Of a DNA stretch of 64,000 nt, positions 27,360 through 37,274 are shown in pieces (positions within the stretch are counted from its first letter, which is position 1; the number at the start of each line of letters is the position of its first letter). The notes beneath the pieces were generated by a model, which saw only the letters and a program-made list of their open reading frames with translations, made no database searches and was not told where the DNA came from. Origin of the DNA: an uncultured Flavobacteriales bacterium (GTDB lineage: Bacteria; Bacteroidota; Bacteroidia; Flavobacteriales_D; Crocinitomicaceae); the NCBI GenBank assembly GCA_913056215.1, contig CAJXMN010000007.1, positions 99-64,098 on the forward strand, written 5' to 3'. The position numbers and the translations under genes were made by a program.

Positions 27360-27836
27360 TTATTGCTCCAGGAAGGGTTGCATTTCTTCTGAAATTTTTT
27401 CGCGCAACGACTTCAGTTTACGGGCATATTCCGCTAACTTTTTCTCCCGTTCTGTTCCGGGTTCCCAGGAGCGCACTTTTTGAGGTTTGCCATTTTCGTC
27501 GACAGAAACGAAAACAATGACGCAATGAGTGGTTTTTTGAAATTCTTTATCAAAACTACGTGAATAGACGTCTACTCCAATGTGAATACTCGAATTTCCC
27601 GTGTAGATGACCGTTGCGTCTACTTTAACAATATCGCCAATACTAACGGGCTTTAAAAAACGGATGCCACCGACATAAACAGTTACGCAGTATGTTCCGG
27701 CCCAAGTGCGTGCGCAGGTGAATGCGGCCTGGTCAATCCATTTCATGACGACACCACCATGGACTTTTCCACCAAAATTGACGTCTGTTGGTTCACTGAT
27801 AAACTGAAATGAAGTATTGTTTTGCGGCATGATCAA
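27360..27836 (-). CDS. Acyl-CoA thioesterase (hotdog fold, YciA-like)
   Basis: NFGGKVHGGVVMKWIDQAAFTCA.., ..VYVGGIRFLKPVSIGDIV... Size and pattern are typical of the family. Confidence 0.8.
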   Translation of the reverse strand: MIMPQNNTSFQFISEPTDVNFGGKVHGGVVMKWIDQAAFTCARTWAGTYCVTVYVGGIRFLKPVSIGDIVKVDATVIYTGNSSIHIGVDVYSRSFDKEFQKTTHCVIVFVSVDENGKPQKVRSWEPGTEREKKLAEYARKLKSLREKISEEMQPFLEQ

Positions 27837-27939
27837 AATAATTTTGTTCTAAAATAGAAAAAGACGGGGAAAGCACCTTTTATTGTTAATAAATCATTGA
27901 ATTAATCATTAATTTTGATCGTAGAAACAAACGAATTTC

Positions 27940-28230
27940 ATGAAGCAAGTAAAATGTCCGCACTGTCACAAATGGTCTTCAGACCCTGATGTCTGCGATC
28001 AATGTGGCGCACCGATCAGTAGAGAAAAACGTGAAGAGGTGAGAAGAGGAGGGAATAAAAAGGTGGGTGCCCCGGAACCACCTGGCAAATTGCAACAATT
28101 TTTTATTTATGCTCAACAATCGAAAAATCCATTTGTGAAGATTGCATATTACCTGGTTATGAGTATTTGGGGTGTATACGTCGGCATGGTGGTTATTTTA
28201 ATGTATATTGCAGCAGCTGCATCGGGATGA
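27940..28230 (+). CDS. Zinc-ribbon protein with C-terminal TM segment
   Basis: CPHCHKW..(9)..CDQCGAP followed by a hydrophobic C-terminal segment YYLVMSIWGVYVGMVVILMYIAAA. Confidence 0.55.
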   Translation: MKQVKCPHCHKWSSDPDVCDQCGAPISREKREEVRRGGNKKVGAPEPPGKLQQFFIYAQQSKNPFVKIAYYLVMSIWGVYVGMVVILMYIAAAASG

Positions 28231-28571
28231 GAACAATTGGGCACCCTTTGTTTATAGTAGTATTTTTAATTTACTTGGTATATTACCTCTTGAAACATGC
28301 TGGCGTTGTCATGCCTTTTTGGGTCACGAGTTACCTGGCTGATTTACTGAGTTTATTTATTATAAATACCATCGTTTTATTCTTTTTACGCAAATGTTAT
28401 GGAATGCCAAACTATGAATTGCATAGCGGTATGGTGCTAATGAGTTTTTTTATCATCACACTTATTTTTGAAGTTATTGAACCCGCTGTTGGCAATTATG
28501 CCGTCTTTGACCCCTATGACGTCTTGTGTTATGCCCTCAGTGGCTCTGGTTATTTGCTGTGGAGATATTAG
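28227..28571 (+). CDS. Small integral membrane protein
   Basis: The internal ATG at 28227 overlaps the upstream stop (ATGA). Four hydrophobic segments. No recognised family. Confidence 0.55.
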   Translation: MRTIGHPLFIVVFLIYLVYYLLKHAGVVMPFWVTSYLADLLSLFIINTIVLFFLRKCYGMPNYELHSGMVLMSFFIITLIFEVIEPAVGNYAVFDPYDVLCYALSGSGYLLWRY

Positions 28572-29809
28572 TTGTTCATAAAGGCCCTTAGATCTTCGAC
28601 GAGGGGACTCAATTTTTCAATCGTTACATGATCCATGACAACTATTTTGTACCAATTAGGTTGGTCGTGATTGTCGGGAACAAGGCCGTACTTTTTAGCA
28701 ATTGCTGCATTCAAGTGTTCACTTCTAATTGTTATAATGTTCGATGAAGGATCGCGAAAATAGTTGATATCTAAATGGTCCAATTGTTCGCACATCCAAC
28801 TTGTTCGCTTTTGTAGCACAAAGATTTTTTCCATCCAGCCATATGGACCGTACTTTGATAAAATCATCCAAACGGCTACGGAATTGGCTCCTGAGCGGCT
28901 ACCAATAAGCGTATAGTCTTCACCTTCTACATAGCTCGCCTCTTTTGTGTTAGCATACTGGATGAGATTATTTCGTGCGATAAATAGACCTGTACCGTAT
29001 GGCGCTTGAGCCATTTTATGGGCATCTAGTGTGACAGAAGACACCTTCTTATTGCGAAAATCAAGTTGATGCTCTTTTTGAGCGAAAGGGAAATAAAACC
29101 CACCATATGCTCCATCGACGTGGATAAAATAAGGAACATTCACTTCATCGAGTAGGGCACTATAATTTTCAGGTTCATCTACTGATCCGAACATCGTTGT
29201 CATCATGTTAGCCACTACGATAAAACCTTTGACTCCCTTTTCTCGCTGTTTTGTTACAGCGTCCTTAATGTGATCTTTGGTTATAGATCGTGTTGATTGT
29301 TCAACTTCCACTTTTTGAACGGGAACATTGAGGATGTTACCTGCTTTATCCATGGAGTAATGATTGTCTTCAGAACAGAGAATACAAATTTCTGAATAAT
29401 TAAAATTCTTCTTTTGTTTGAAATAGTTTCGATAAATCCAGATGGCCTGCATATTGGCTTCCGTTCCTCCAGATGCTACGTATCCGTCAAAATGCTCTTC
29501 TTCAGAACCATTGAGAATATCGTGTGCGCATATTTTAATAAGCTCGCGTTCAATTTCTTGTGTGCCGGCAAAGAAGGACTCTGAAGCGCCTCTAGTGTGA
29601 CACCCGATATGGTTTGGGTTTTTAATTAAAGTGGATAAGTAGGGGGCATCGTTCAAGAAAGCTGCGTCTTGAGAAAAAACCTTTTCGTCAAGATACGAAG
29701 CAGGGACACCAATTACATTTTTATCTTCATAATTGATATTATTCTCCAATGCTTCGAATACAATCTTTTTTATTTCCTCATCTGAACGTTTAACCCAATG
29801 TTGATGCAT
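28568..29809 (-). CDS. PLP-dependent group II amino-acid decarboxylase-like enzyme
   Basis: GGTEANMQAIW and the SVTLDAHKMAQAPYGTG lysine motif. About 413 aa. Substrate unknown. Confidence 0.75.
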   Translation of the reverse strand: MHQHWVKRSDEEIKKIVFEALENNINYEDKNVIGVPASYLDEKVFSQDAAFLNDAPYLSTLIKNPNHIGCHTRGASESFFAGTQEIERELIKICAHDILNGSEEEHFDGYVASGGTEANMQAIWIYRNYFKQKKNFNYSEICILCSEDNHYSMDKAGNILNVPVQKVEVEQSTRSITKDHIKDAVTKQREKGVKGFIVVANMMTTMFGSVDEPENYSALLDEVNVPYFIHVDGAYGGFYFPFAQKEHQLDFRNKKVSSVTLDAHKMAQAPYGTGLFIARNNLIQYANTKEASYVEGEDYTLIGSRSGANSVAVWMILSKYGPYGWMEKIFVLQKRTSWMCEQLDHLDINYFRDPSSNIITIRSEHLNAAIAKKYGLVPDNHDQPNWYKIVVMDHVTIEKLSPLVEDLRAFMNN

Positions 29810-29893
29810 TTGCTATTGTTTTTTGCAAAGGTAGTGAATCTTCAAAACACAATACATTGAATAAATAGACGTTTTAAAAACAAACTTATAACC

Positions 29894-30769
29894 ATGAAAA
29901 AAACAATCATCGTATCGGTCCTGTTTGTGAGTCATCTTTTAATTGCTCAAGAATCACAAAAAAACTTTAAATTCGATTACGCAAGTGCTTCAATCGGATA
30001 TAGTATGAATCAAACACCTGATTTGCCGACCTCTACCTTGAGAGATCTTGCGCCAAAATCATTGCTGATAGAACAATATGGCCATTTCCTTAAACCCGAA
30101 CAACGACATAGAGGCAGTTATGCCAACGGTCTTCGAGAAGTACAGTTAAATCTTGGTTTCCGAAACACCAATCATCCCGGTCAGCGTTTACAATTTGGCT
30201 TGACTTATCAGGGAAAAATGAGCCGCGCAGCAACACAAGGAGCTGCATACTCCACAACCATAGATACCTTGACTAGTCAGAATACGGGAGCTCAATATCC
30301 TGTGGATTCCATTTACGCTCAGAACTTAATTGCGGGGTATAGTTCTAACGTGCTCAGACTAATGACGTCGTATCGTTTTCATCAGCCTATTGCCGAACGC
30401 TGGAGTTTATATGGAGGACTAGGTGTTTCTGTTGGGGTTACGCTAAATCCCCATGTCGATATCACGTATCTCGAGACTATTCGATCTAATGTAGAAGGGT
30501 TAGACACCAATACACCACAAGGCTATGCACGTGTTGAGGAATCGAATGTGGTAACTGAATCCATTGAAAGCGATATGAGTTGCTCTTTTGGTGCTTTTGT
30601 ACCTCTAGGGCTAGATTATACGGTAGCCAAATGGGATAAAAGTATTAACAGTTTCTCGCTTTTTCTAGAAGCACAGCCCGGTTTATTTACTCAATACGTA
30701 CCAGAAGGGTCGACTTTCCTCCATTCTTTGAATAGTGTTCAAACGATAGGGGTTCGATTAGGCCTTTAA
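29894..30769 (+). CDS. Hypothetical outer-membrane beta-barrel protein
   Basis: Signal MKKTIIVSVLFVSHLLIAQ, alternating beta-strand patterns, C-terminal VQTIGVRLGL. Confidence 0.55.
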   Translation: MKKTIIVSVLFVSHLLIAQESQKNFKFDYASASIGYSMNQTPDLPTSTLRDLAPKSLLIEQYGHFLKPEQRHRGSYANGLREVQLNLGFRNTNHPGQRLQFGLTYQGKMSRAATQGAAYSTTIDTLTSQNTGAQYPVDSIYAQNLIAGYSSNVLRLMTSYRFHQPIAERWSLYGGLGVSVGVTLNPHVDITYLETIRSNVEGLDTNTPQGYARVEESNVVTESIESDMSCSFGAFVPLGLDYTVAKWDKSINSFSLFLEAQPGLFTQYVPEGSTFLHSLNSVQTIGVRLGL

Positions 30770-31007
30770 TAGGTGATTGTTTCAAAGGTAGACAAGCCTT
30801 AACAAAAAAACTTCAAAAGCGTTAGTCGTTAGTTGGGTAATCCTGGCATTTGTTTTTTGCAAACTGTTTCTTTTTGGCTTTTGTCAGTGGGGTGAATAAT
30901 GCGCACAAAAAAGCAAAACATAATTTTGAAATAGTCACTGAATGCTTAAATAATCATTAGTTTTGCTGTGAATATTATAGCGGTCGTATTCCAATGTAAA
31001 ATTAGCT

Positions 31008-31877
31008 ATGGGTATCGGGCAAAAGATTAAAGATTACGTATTATTTACAAAGTTTCGACTATCGTTTTCGGTGATATTGTCGGCGCTTTCAGGGTTTTTG
31101 TTTGCTGGTGGAGGTACAGGTATGGAAGCTTTCTATTTACTGGTAGGAGGAATTCTTGTTACGGGAGCGAGTAACGGAGCAAATCAGATATGGGAGCGCG
31201 ATTTAGATATTCTTATGAATCGTACAAAAAATCGTCCTTTACCGCGCAAAAGTATGTCTATTGTCGAGGCTGTTGGTGTGGTCATCATATTCCTTGCAGT
31301 TGGAAGCTGGATGTTATATCAGCTTAACTTTAATGCGATGTTGCTAGGGTTGATGGCATTCGTGTCTTACGCATTTATTTATACTCCTTTAAAACGTGTA
31401 ACACCGTGGTCTGTAATTGTAGGAGCGTTTCCTGGAGCTGTTCCGCCGATGCTTGGTGCTATAGCTGTTACGAATGAATTCGGGGCAATGCCTGGAGCGC
31501 TGTTCTTTGTACAGTTCGTTTGGCAGCTTCCGCACTTTTGGGCTATCGCATGGATATCTCACGACGATTATCAAAAGGCTGGTTTTTATCTCTTACCGTC
31601 GCGGACGGGTAAGTCTAAAGTTTCTGCTTTTCGGATTGCCTTTTCCGCACTGATGCTGATACCCTTTACGCTTTTCCCTTGGGTGTTGAATATGGTGGGT
31701 GTTTTTAGTGTTATGACAGCTGCCGTGTTAGGACTCTTGTTTTTCCTAATAGCCTATAAATTGTATTTAACATTGGAGGATCGTTATGCAAAAAGATTGA
31801 TGTTCGCATCGTTTATTTATCTTCCTTTAATTCAATTTGTGTACGTAATTGACAAATACTTCTTTTATGCGCCCTAG
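31008..31877 (+). CDS. cyoE: Protoheme IX farnesyltransferase (heme O synthase)
   Basis: UbiA-family motifs GASNGANQIWERDLDILMNRTKNRPLP, multiple TM segments, located in a cytochrome oxidase cluster. Confidence 0.9.
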   Translation: MGIGQKIKDYVLFTKFRLSFSVILSALSGFLFAGGGTGMEAFYLLVGGILVTGASNGANQIWERDLDILMNRTKNRPLPRKSMSIVEAVGVVIIFLAVGSWMLYQLNFNAMLLGLMAFVSYAFIYTPLKRVTPWSVIVGAFPGAVPPMLGAIAVTNEFGAMPGALFFVQFVWQLPHFWAIAWISHDDYQKAGFYLLPSRTGKSKVSAFRIAFSALMLIPFTLFPWVLNMVGVFSVMTAAVLGLLFFLIAYKLYLTLEDRYAKRLMFASFIYLPLIQFVYVIDKYFFYAP

Positions 31878-31931
31878 TTCCTTGTTTTTACTAAATAGTT
31901 GAAAGAAATTTATGCTGAAAATAATATCGTT

Positions 31932-32987
31932 ATGAAAGAGAAATTTACAAGCTCATACAGCCTCGAAACACAGGAAAAAACCAAAAAAAATCTGGTATGG
32001 ATCATCGTTTTTAGTATTGCCATGTTATTTGCAGGCTTTACCTCGGCTTATATCGTTTCTATGGGCGATACATTTTGGATTAAAATAGACTTGCCAGTGG
32101 CTTTTTATATCAGTACTGCCGTGATTGTTGTATCGAGTTTAACACTTTTCCTTGCGATGCGTGCGGCTCGGAAGAAAAATAAGTCACAGGCACGCTTGTT
32201 TATTGTTTTTACGCTACTCCTTGGTGTTTTATTCGGAGTGTTTCAATTTCAAGGTTATGCTACCCTAGTTGATCGTGGAGCGCACTGGGTCACACGAATT
32301 ATTGTTTCGGAGGGTCGTTATGGTGATTATTTTGAAATAAAAAAGCAAGGTACTTATTTAACGGTTGAAAACAATCAATATGCATACAACGATGAAAAAT
32401 TGAAAGGGGACGACCTCAAAGAATTGCAGGACTTCGCACGTCAATTTCTGAATGTAGATCAAAATGGTGTTCCCAACGATTTAGATTACACCAAATTTAA
32501 ACTGTACTACAAGGGAGAACCACTGGCTTTTACTAAAGGCGAGCTCGTGCGTCCCAACGGTAAAAAGCTGGAATTGCTCGATTTAGATCGCTTGCGTTTA
32601 TTATCTCGGAATATAGTGGATAATCGCGCTGATTTTTTCATGAGTGGTGAAATGGGAAAAGACTTTGAGTTACTCTACAATGGTAAGCCTTTAGAATATA
32701 AAGAACGAACATTGATGTATGATGGTCAACCGCTCAGTGCCAACTTACAGAATAAATTATTGCGTGGAAATAAAGATATGAGCACTGCTTACTTTTATAT
32801 TATCACTGTACTGCATTTATTGCATGTAGTGGCTGGTGTTATTATGCTTTTGGTGATGACAAAACGTGCTTTTACAAACGAAATTTTTGAAAAAAATGCC
32901 TTGAGTTTACGGGCAGGATCTATTTTCTGGCACTTTTTAGGTGTTTTATGGTTATATTTATTACTATTTTTGCTTTTTATTCATTAA
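31932..32987 (+). CDS. Cytochrome c oxidase subunit III-like protein (paralogue 1) with a large loop insertion
   Basis: Five TM segments with FYIITVLHLLHVVAGVIML and IFWHFLGVLWLYLLLF (subunit III hallmarks). An insertion of about 165 hydrophilic residues lies between TM3 and TM4. ATG at 31932 is preferred over the TTG at 31899. Confidence 0.75.
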   Translation: MKEKFTSSYSLETQEKTKKNLVWIIVFSIAMLFAGFTSAYIVSMGDTFWIKIDLPVAFYISTAVIVVSSLTLFLAMRAARKKNKSQARLFIVFTLLLGVLFGVFQFQGYATLVDRGAHWVTRIIVSEGRYGDYFEIKKQGTYLTVENNQYAYNDEKLKGDDLKELQDFARQFLNVDQNGVPNDLDYTKFKLYYKGEPLAFTKGELVRPNGKKLELLDLDRLRLLSRNIVDNRADFFMSGEMGKDFELLYNGKPLEYKERTLMYDGQPLSANLQNKLLRGNKDMSTAYFYIITVLHLLHVVAGVIMLLVMTKRAFTNEIFEKNALSLRAGSIFWHFLGVLWLYLLLFLLFIH

Positions 32988-33008
32988 ACTTGCAAAAAAA
33001 TCATAAAG

Positions 33009-34085
33009 ATGTCAGGACACGCTTCAAATGAAAAGAATACTGCGGCACCATGGGGTGGGAATGTTTCTCCTTTCCGCGTGAGTTATGGAAAATTAATGAT
33101 GTGGTTTTTCCTTGTATCGGATGCATTGACGTTCGGAGGATTGCTCGTTGCCTATGGATATACGCGCTACACCTTCTCTGGTCAGTGGCCCATTGGTGAG
33201 GAAACATTTGAGGCGCTTCCATTTCTAGGGAATGGCTATCCGTTGGCTTATGTGGCCTTGATGACATTTATTTTGATTGTGAGTTCAGTAACTATGGTGC
33301 TGGCTGTTGAAGCGGGACATCGTATGGACAAAAAGGGTGTCATTAAGTGGATGCTCGCTACTATCATCGGTGGATTCTTCTTTTTAGGATCACAGGCATG
33401 GGAGTGGAGTCACTTCATTCATGGTACGCATTTCGGGAGTGTTGAGCTCAAAGACGGTTCAAGAGCTATTGTAAAAGGTAGTTTTGGCGAAATTGAAGGC
33501 TTTGAGGTTATTCAATCTGGAGCTCACGGACCTGCAAAAGGTGAAATGATCACTAATGAAAATATATCTTCAGAGGAAGGAGATTTAATGCATGCATTTC
33601 ATCACGCCGCAGAACAAGGTCACTTAGAAGGATCAGCTGGAAACCTGAAAATTCATTTGCATGATGGTACTTTAGCTAAAGTGCACAAGGCTAAAGATGA
33701 AAACCTTGAATTACTTGTGAAAGAAGCGGGTACAAAATACGCTGTTTCACTTCCATCTGACCCTGAAACGCGCATTACGGAGGATGAAGGCTCTGTCGAT
33801 AAGTATTATGCGGCATTGACGCGTGGAGATGTTATTTATGGTGCTAACATGGATCAAAACGAGTACGGTCCTCAGCAGTACGGACAGTTCTTCTTTTTTA
33901 TTACAGGTTTCCACGGGTTTCACGTATTCTCAGGAGTAATTATTAATATTATTATTTTCTTAGGTGTACTGAAAGGTATTTACCACAAAAGAGGTCATTA
34001 TGAGATGGTTGAAAAGACTGGGCTATATTGGCACTTCGTTGATTTGGTTTGGGTTTTTGTTTTTACATTTTTCTACCTGATATAG
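33009..34085 (+). CDS. Cytochrome c oxidase subunit III (paralogue 2) with a large loop insertion
   Basis: SYGKLMMWFFLVSDALTFGGLL, FFFLGSQAWEW, GFHGFHVFSGVI and YWHFVDLVWVFVF. An insertion of about 150 hydrophilic residues sits at the same topological position. Confidence 0.85.
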   Translation: MSGHASNEKNTAAPWGGNVSPFRVSYGKLMMWFFLVSDALTFGGLLVAYGYTRYTFSGQWPIGEETFEALPFLGNGYPLAYVALMTFILIVSSVTMVLAVEAGHRMDKKGVIKWMLATIIGGFFFLGSQAWEWSHFIHGTHFGSVELKDGSRAIVKGSFGEIEGFEVIQSGAHGPAKGEMITNENISSEEGDLMHAFHHAAEQGHLEGSAGNLKIHLHDGTLAKVHKAKDENLELLVKEAGTKYAVSLPSDPETRITEDEGSVDKYYAALTRGDVIYGANMDQNEYGPQQYGQFFFFITGFHGFHVFSGVIINIIIFLGVLKGIYHKRGHYEMVEKTGLYWHFVDLVWVFVFTFFYLI

Positions 34086-34140
34086 GTTGAAGAACACAGT
34101 TAATTTTTGAACGCTATTATTGACATTATAAATACGAGGT

Positions 34141-34494
34141 ATGGAAAGAGACGACGTTTATGAATACTCCTTAGATACTCATCATTCTGAGGAAGAAGGT
34201 AAAAAAGTTAGAAAGAAGATTTGGTTTGTGACACTACTCCTTACGGTTGTTACGGCGGTAGAGGTCGTTCTTGGAGCAATGGTGAAACAGGGAAGTAGTG
34301 CGTGGACTACAGTTAAAGTCCTCTTTATTTTACTCACACTGCTCAAGGCAGGTTATATTGTTTTGACTTTTATGCACCTTGGTGATGAAAAAAAGGTCTT
34401 AAAATGGATAGTTCTGTTGCCTTACCTCATCTTTATAGTCTATTTAATGTTTATCGCTTTTACGGAAGCAATGGCTGTGGGTCCAGCAATGTAA
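34141..34494 (+). CDS. Cytochrome c oxidase subunit IV (caa3-type small subunit)
   Basis: 117 aa, three TM segments, FMHLGDEK-type motif, positioned after the subunit III genes. Confidence 0.7.
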   Translation: MERDDVYEYSLDTHHSEEEGKKVRKKIWFVTLLLTVVTAVEVVLGAMVKQGSSAWTTVKVLFILLTLLKAGYIVLTFMHLGDEKKVLKWIVLLPYLIFIVYLMFIAFTEAMAVGPAM

Positions 34495-34517
34495 TATAAC
34501 TTTCAAAAAATAAGATT

Positions 34518-35210
34518 GTGGCTAAACGAGATAAGAAAGCCGGTCGCACGAAACCTCTACTACTCTTAGTGTTGGTTTTTGGACCGGCTCTTTTTTTGAT
34601 TTTTATTGGAGTTAATAAATGTGAGCATAAATTTGAAGAGTTGCCTGTATATGGAGAGCTTTCAGATTATGAATTCACTGACGCTCGGGGTGATATAATC
34701 AATAAAAATACGCAGAAGGGAAAGGTTACATTGTTTACAACATTGCAAACATCCTGTCCTGATCATTGCGCGATTGACTTGGCAAAACTGAATTTGATGG
34801 TTTATCAAGATTATCGTAAAAATCAAAAAAACCTGGGGCATGTGAAATTCATATCTATCGTAACAGATGAGAACGGGGAGCCTGTAAAAAATCTTGAGTC
34901 TCTGGAATATACGATGAATGATATAATTGAGGGTTATGATCCAGCAATCTGGAAGTTGGTGACGGGAGACCCTAAGCAAATTTATGATATCGAAAATAAC
35001 GATGTTAATCTATATGAGTTGGAATCCGATACTGCTTTTGCCAGTCGACCGTTTTTGGAGACAATGATGATTGTAGATAAAAAAAATAGACTGCGGTTGA
35101 TCCGCCGTGGTAATACTGAGGGCCAGATACGTGATTTCAAACAGCATGTAGCTTTGCTCCAAAAACAATACGATAAAGCCGCTGCAAAAAATGACGGGAA
35201 CGATGAATAA
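34518..35210 (+). CDS. SCO1/SenC-like thioredoxin-fold protein (atypical)
   Basis: GTG start. TM anchor, then TSCPDHCAID (CxxxC). The position of the conserved Cu-ligand His reads AFASRPF. Confidence 0.65.
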   Translation: MAKRDKKAGRTKPLLLLVLVFGPALFLIFIGVNKCEHKFEELPVYGELSDYEFTDARGDIINKNTQKGKVTLFTTLQTSCPDHCAIDLAKLNLMVYQDYRKNQKNLGHVKFISIVTDENGEPVKNLESLEYTMNDIIEGYDPAIWKLVTGDPKQIYDIENNDVNLYELESDTAFASRPFLETMMIVDKKNRLRLIRRGNTEGQIRDFKQHVALLQKQYDKAAAKNDGNDE

Positions 35211-35868
35211 GGTTTTTTATTTGATAGGGCTCGTTGTTTTTATAACCGTGGTCATTAGCTGTAATAATGATCAAAATATCAGCGATGATGATCATACTGA
35301 TCTGCCGTACATTGGTCAACACGACGTGGTATACCAGGCAACAGAAGATCATGAGGTTGGTGACACCATGTATCATACTGTGCCTGACTTTGAATATATG
35401 ACGCAAGACAGCACATACCTATCTTCTGCTGAGATTGACGATAAAGTATGGATCGCTAAATTTTTCTTCACCCATTGTCCGACGATTTGTCCACCAATGA
35501 CGGCGTCAATGAAAAAAGTAAATGAAGCATTAGCCGATCATGCGGATAATCTAGTTTTTTTATCCTTTTCTATAGATCCTGAACGCGATGATCCTGAACG
35601 GTTGCAAACGTATATGGATCGTCATGACATCCAGGCAGAAAACTGGTATTTCCTTACTGGCGATGAATCGGCAACGCATCAGCTTGGAGTAGAGGGGTTC
35701 CAACTGTTGGCGACTGCGGATGAAGATGCTCCTGGAGGGTTTGCACACAGTCCGAATTTTGTCTTAGTGGACGAACAACAACATATAAGAGGTGTTTATG
35801 ATGGACTGGATCCGGTGAGTCGAAAATCGTTAATAGCGGATGCCAAAAAATTGTTAGATCATGAATAG
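35203..35868 (+). CDS. SCO1/SenC-family copper chaperone lipoprotein
   Basis: MNKVFYLIGLVVFITVVISCNND (lipobox), FFFTHCPTICPPM and GGFAHSPNFVLVD (CxxxC plus His). Confidence 0.85.
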   Translation: MNKVFYLIGLVVFITVVISCNNDQNISDDDHTDLPYIGQHDVVYQATEDHEVGDTMYHTVPDFEYMTQDSTYLSSAEIDDKVWIAKFFFTHCPTICPPMTASMKKVNEALADHADNLVFLSFSIDPERDDPERLQTYMDRHDIQAENWYFLTGDESATHQLGVEGFQLLATADEDAPGGFAHSPNFVLVDEQQHIRGVYDGLDPVSRKSLIADAKKLLDHE

Positions 35869-36388
35869 GAAATTACCCAGTGAGCAAAAAGTTCAATCGT
35901 TTCGAAAGTGGATTATAGGATTATCTATTATTATTCCGATTGCAGTAGCACTGTTATTTGGTATACGCGTAGAAGGATTTGATTTTTCATTTTTACCACC
36001 TATTTATGCAACCATTAACGGTGCAACAGGGATTATTTTAATAGCTGCGCTCATGGCGGTGAAAGCGAAAAAAATAAGTTTGCATCAGCGTCTTATTCAA
36101 ATTGCACTACTACTGTCGCTCATGTTTTTAGTGGCGTATGTATTATATCACATGACCTCAGAGAGCACGCCCTACGGTGGTGAATGGTCTTATCTTTATT
36201 ATTTCATCCTGATATCGCACATTTTCCTAAGTGTTGTCGTTATACCGATTGTGCTTTTTGCTTATTTGCACGCTTGGAAAGGAGATTATGAAAAACACAA
36301 AAAATGGGTGAAATTCGCTTTTCCGATTTGGTTATACGTTGCTATAACCGGTGTGGTTGTCTATTTGATGATCTCACCTTTTTATTAG
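35861..36388 (+). CDS. DUF420-family membrane protein associated with cytochrome oxidase loci
   Basis: Four TM segments, HKKWVKFAFPIWLYVAITGVVVYL, and the conserved position after the SCO genes. Family name is from memory. Confidence 0.65.
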   Translation: MNRKLPSEQKVQSFRKWIIGLSIIIPIAVALLFGIRVEGFDFSFLPPIYATINGATGIILIAALMAVKAKKISLHQRLIQIALLLSLMFLVAYVLYHMTSESTPYGGEWSYLYYFILISHIFLSVVVIPIVLFAYLHAWKGDYEKHKKWVKFAFPIWLYVAITGVVVYLMISPFY

Positions 36389-36636
36389 CCCCTGTTGGAT
36401 TCGAGAGGTTGGATGAATTACGGAAATGCTGTTAAAGCAACAATATTCACTTTCATTACGGTCCGACAACACTATTTTATCTCATTAAATCCTTTGCTTG
36501 AATTCATCCTGGAATCAAACAAATTTGACTGGAGCTTGGTGCAGCCAAGAGGGTAAAGCAATTTCTTACGAGTTAAGCGAATGCTTACTATCGTTCAGAA
36601 ATAAGAAGGAAATTCATGGTATTACTAAAGGAGGAT

Positions 36637-36984
36637 TTACTTCTCCATTGATTCTTGTACGGCCTCTGCCTCTTTTTCGATGGTTTCAGCTCCTTTTCTT
36701 ACTGTTTCTTTGGTGTTTTTTTCAGCTTTGTCTAACTGTTCTTCACCTTTTTCTTTTACCTCCTTGATGCTTTCTTCCGCAGCTTCTCCAGTTGCTTTGA
36801 CTTCTTCTTTTGCTTCGTCTACAACTTTCTCTGCGGCTTCTCCGGTTTCTTTAACAGCTTCTTTGGTGGCTTCTTTAGCATCATTCATCTCTTTTTCTAC
36901 GCTATCTTTTGAATTTTCATCATTGTTACAAGCTACAAGTACGATGCTCAGAATAGCTCCAGTTATTAATGTCAATTTTTTCAT
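36637..36984 (-). CDS. Lys/Glu-rich lipoprotein with internal repeats
   Basis: MKKLTLITGAILSIVLVACNND (lipobox). Repeats KETGEAAEKVVDEAKEEVKATGEAAEESIKE. The long ORF on the opposite strand is a low-complexity shadow. Confidence 0.65.
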   Translation of the reverse strand: MKKLTLITGAILSIVLVACNNDENSKDSVEKEMNDAKEATKEAVKETGEAAEKVVDEAKEEVKATGEAAEESIKEVKEKGEEQLDKAEKNTKETVRKGAETIEKEAEAVQESMEK

Positions 36985-37266
36985 ATTTTTTCTTTTTTTA
37001 ATAAATATAAGAACATTTTTCTTTATTAACTTTAAAGTTGTCAGTTATCTAAAATCTAAGTTTAAATCCAAATGGGACAAAATACCCCTTTAATTTTAAA
37101 TGGCATTTGTATCACAGATCGTGGATCAATGAATGTAAGCAATGTAAGAACTGTTTGTTGGAGATGAAAGGAGATCTAAAAAATGGAGTTGTAAGCAAAT
37201 GCGCTTACCATAGCAGATCAAATAAAAAAATGGGGTTCGGTGTAATCAAAAACAGCTTTTATTTGT

Positions 37267-37274
37267 TACATTTG
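37267..37274 (+). promoter_or_regulatory. Candidate -7 box (TACATTTG) for sodA
   Basis: Matches the Bacteroidota TAnnTTTG consensus 36 nt upstream of the ATG. No good TTTG -33 element at the expected spacing. Confidence 0.3.

Noticed and set aside
31008-36388. Cytochrome oxidase cluster lacking the catalytic subunits I and II
   Set aside because: From memory, Bacteroidota commonly split this locus: subunits II and I sit with the alternative complex III genes elsewhere, and cyoE/subunit III/IV/SCO/DUF420 form a second locus. This cannot be verified inside the window, so it is not reported as an anomaly.
36680-37093. 137-codon ORF on the plus strand rich in Ser/Ala/Phe/Leu
   Set aside because: It is the antisense shadow of the repetitive Lys/Glu-rich lipoprotein gene (36637-36984). 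The minus-strand product has a clean lipoprotein signal peptide. The plus-strand product is low-complexity and has no start context.
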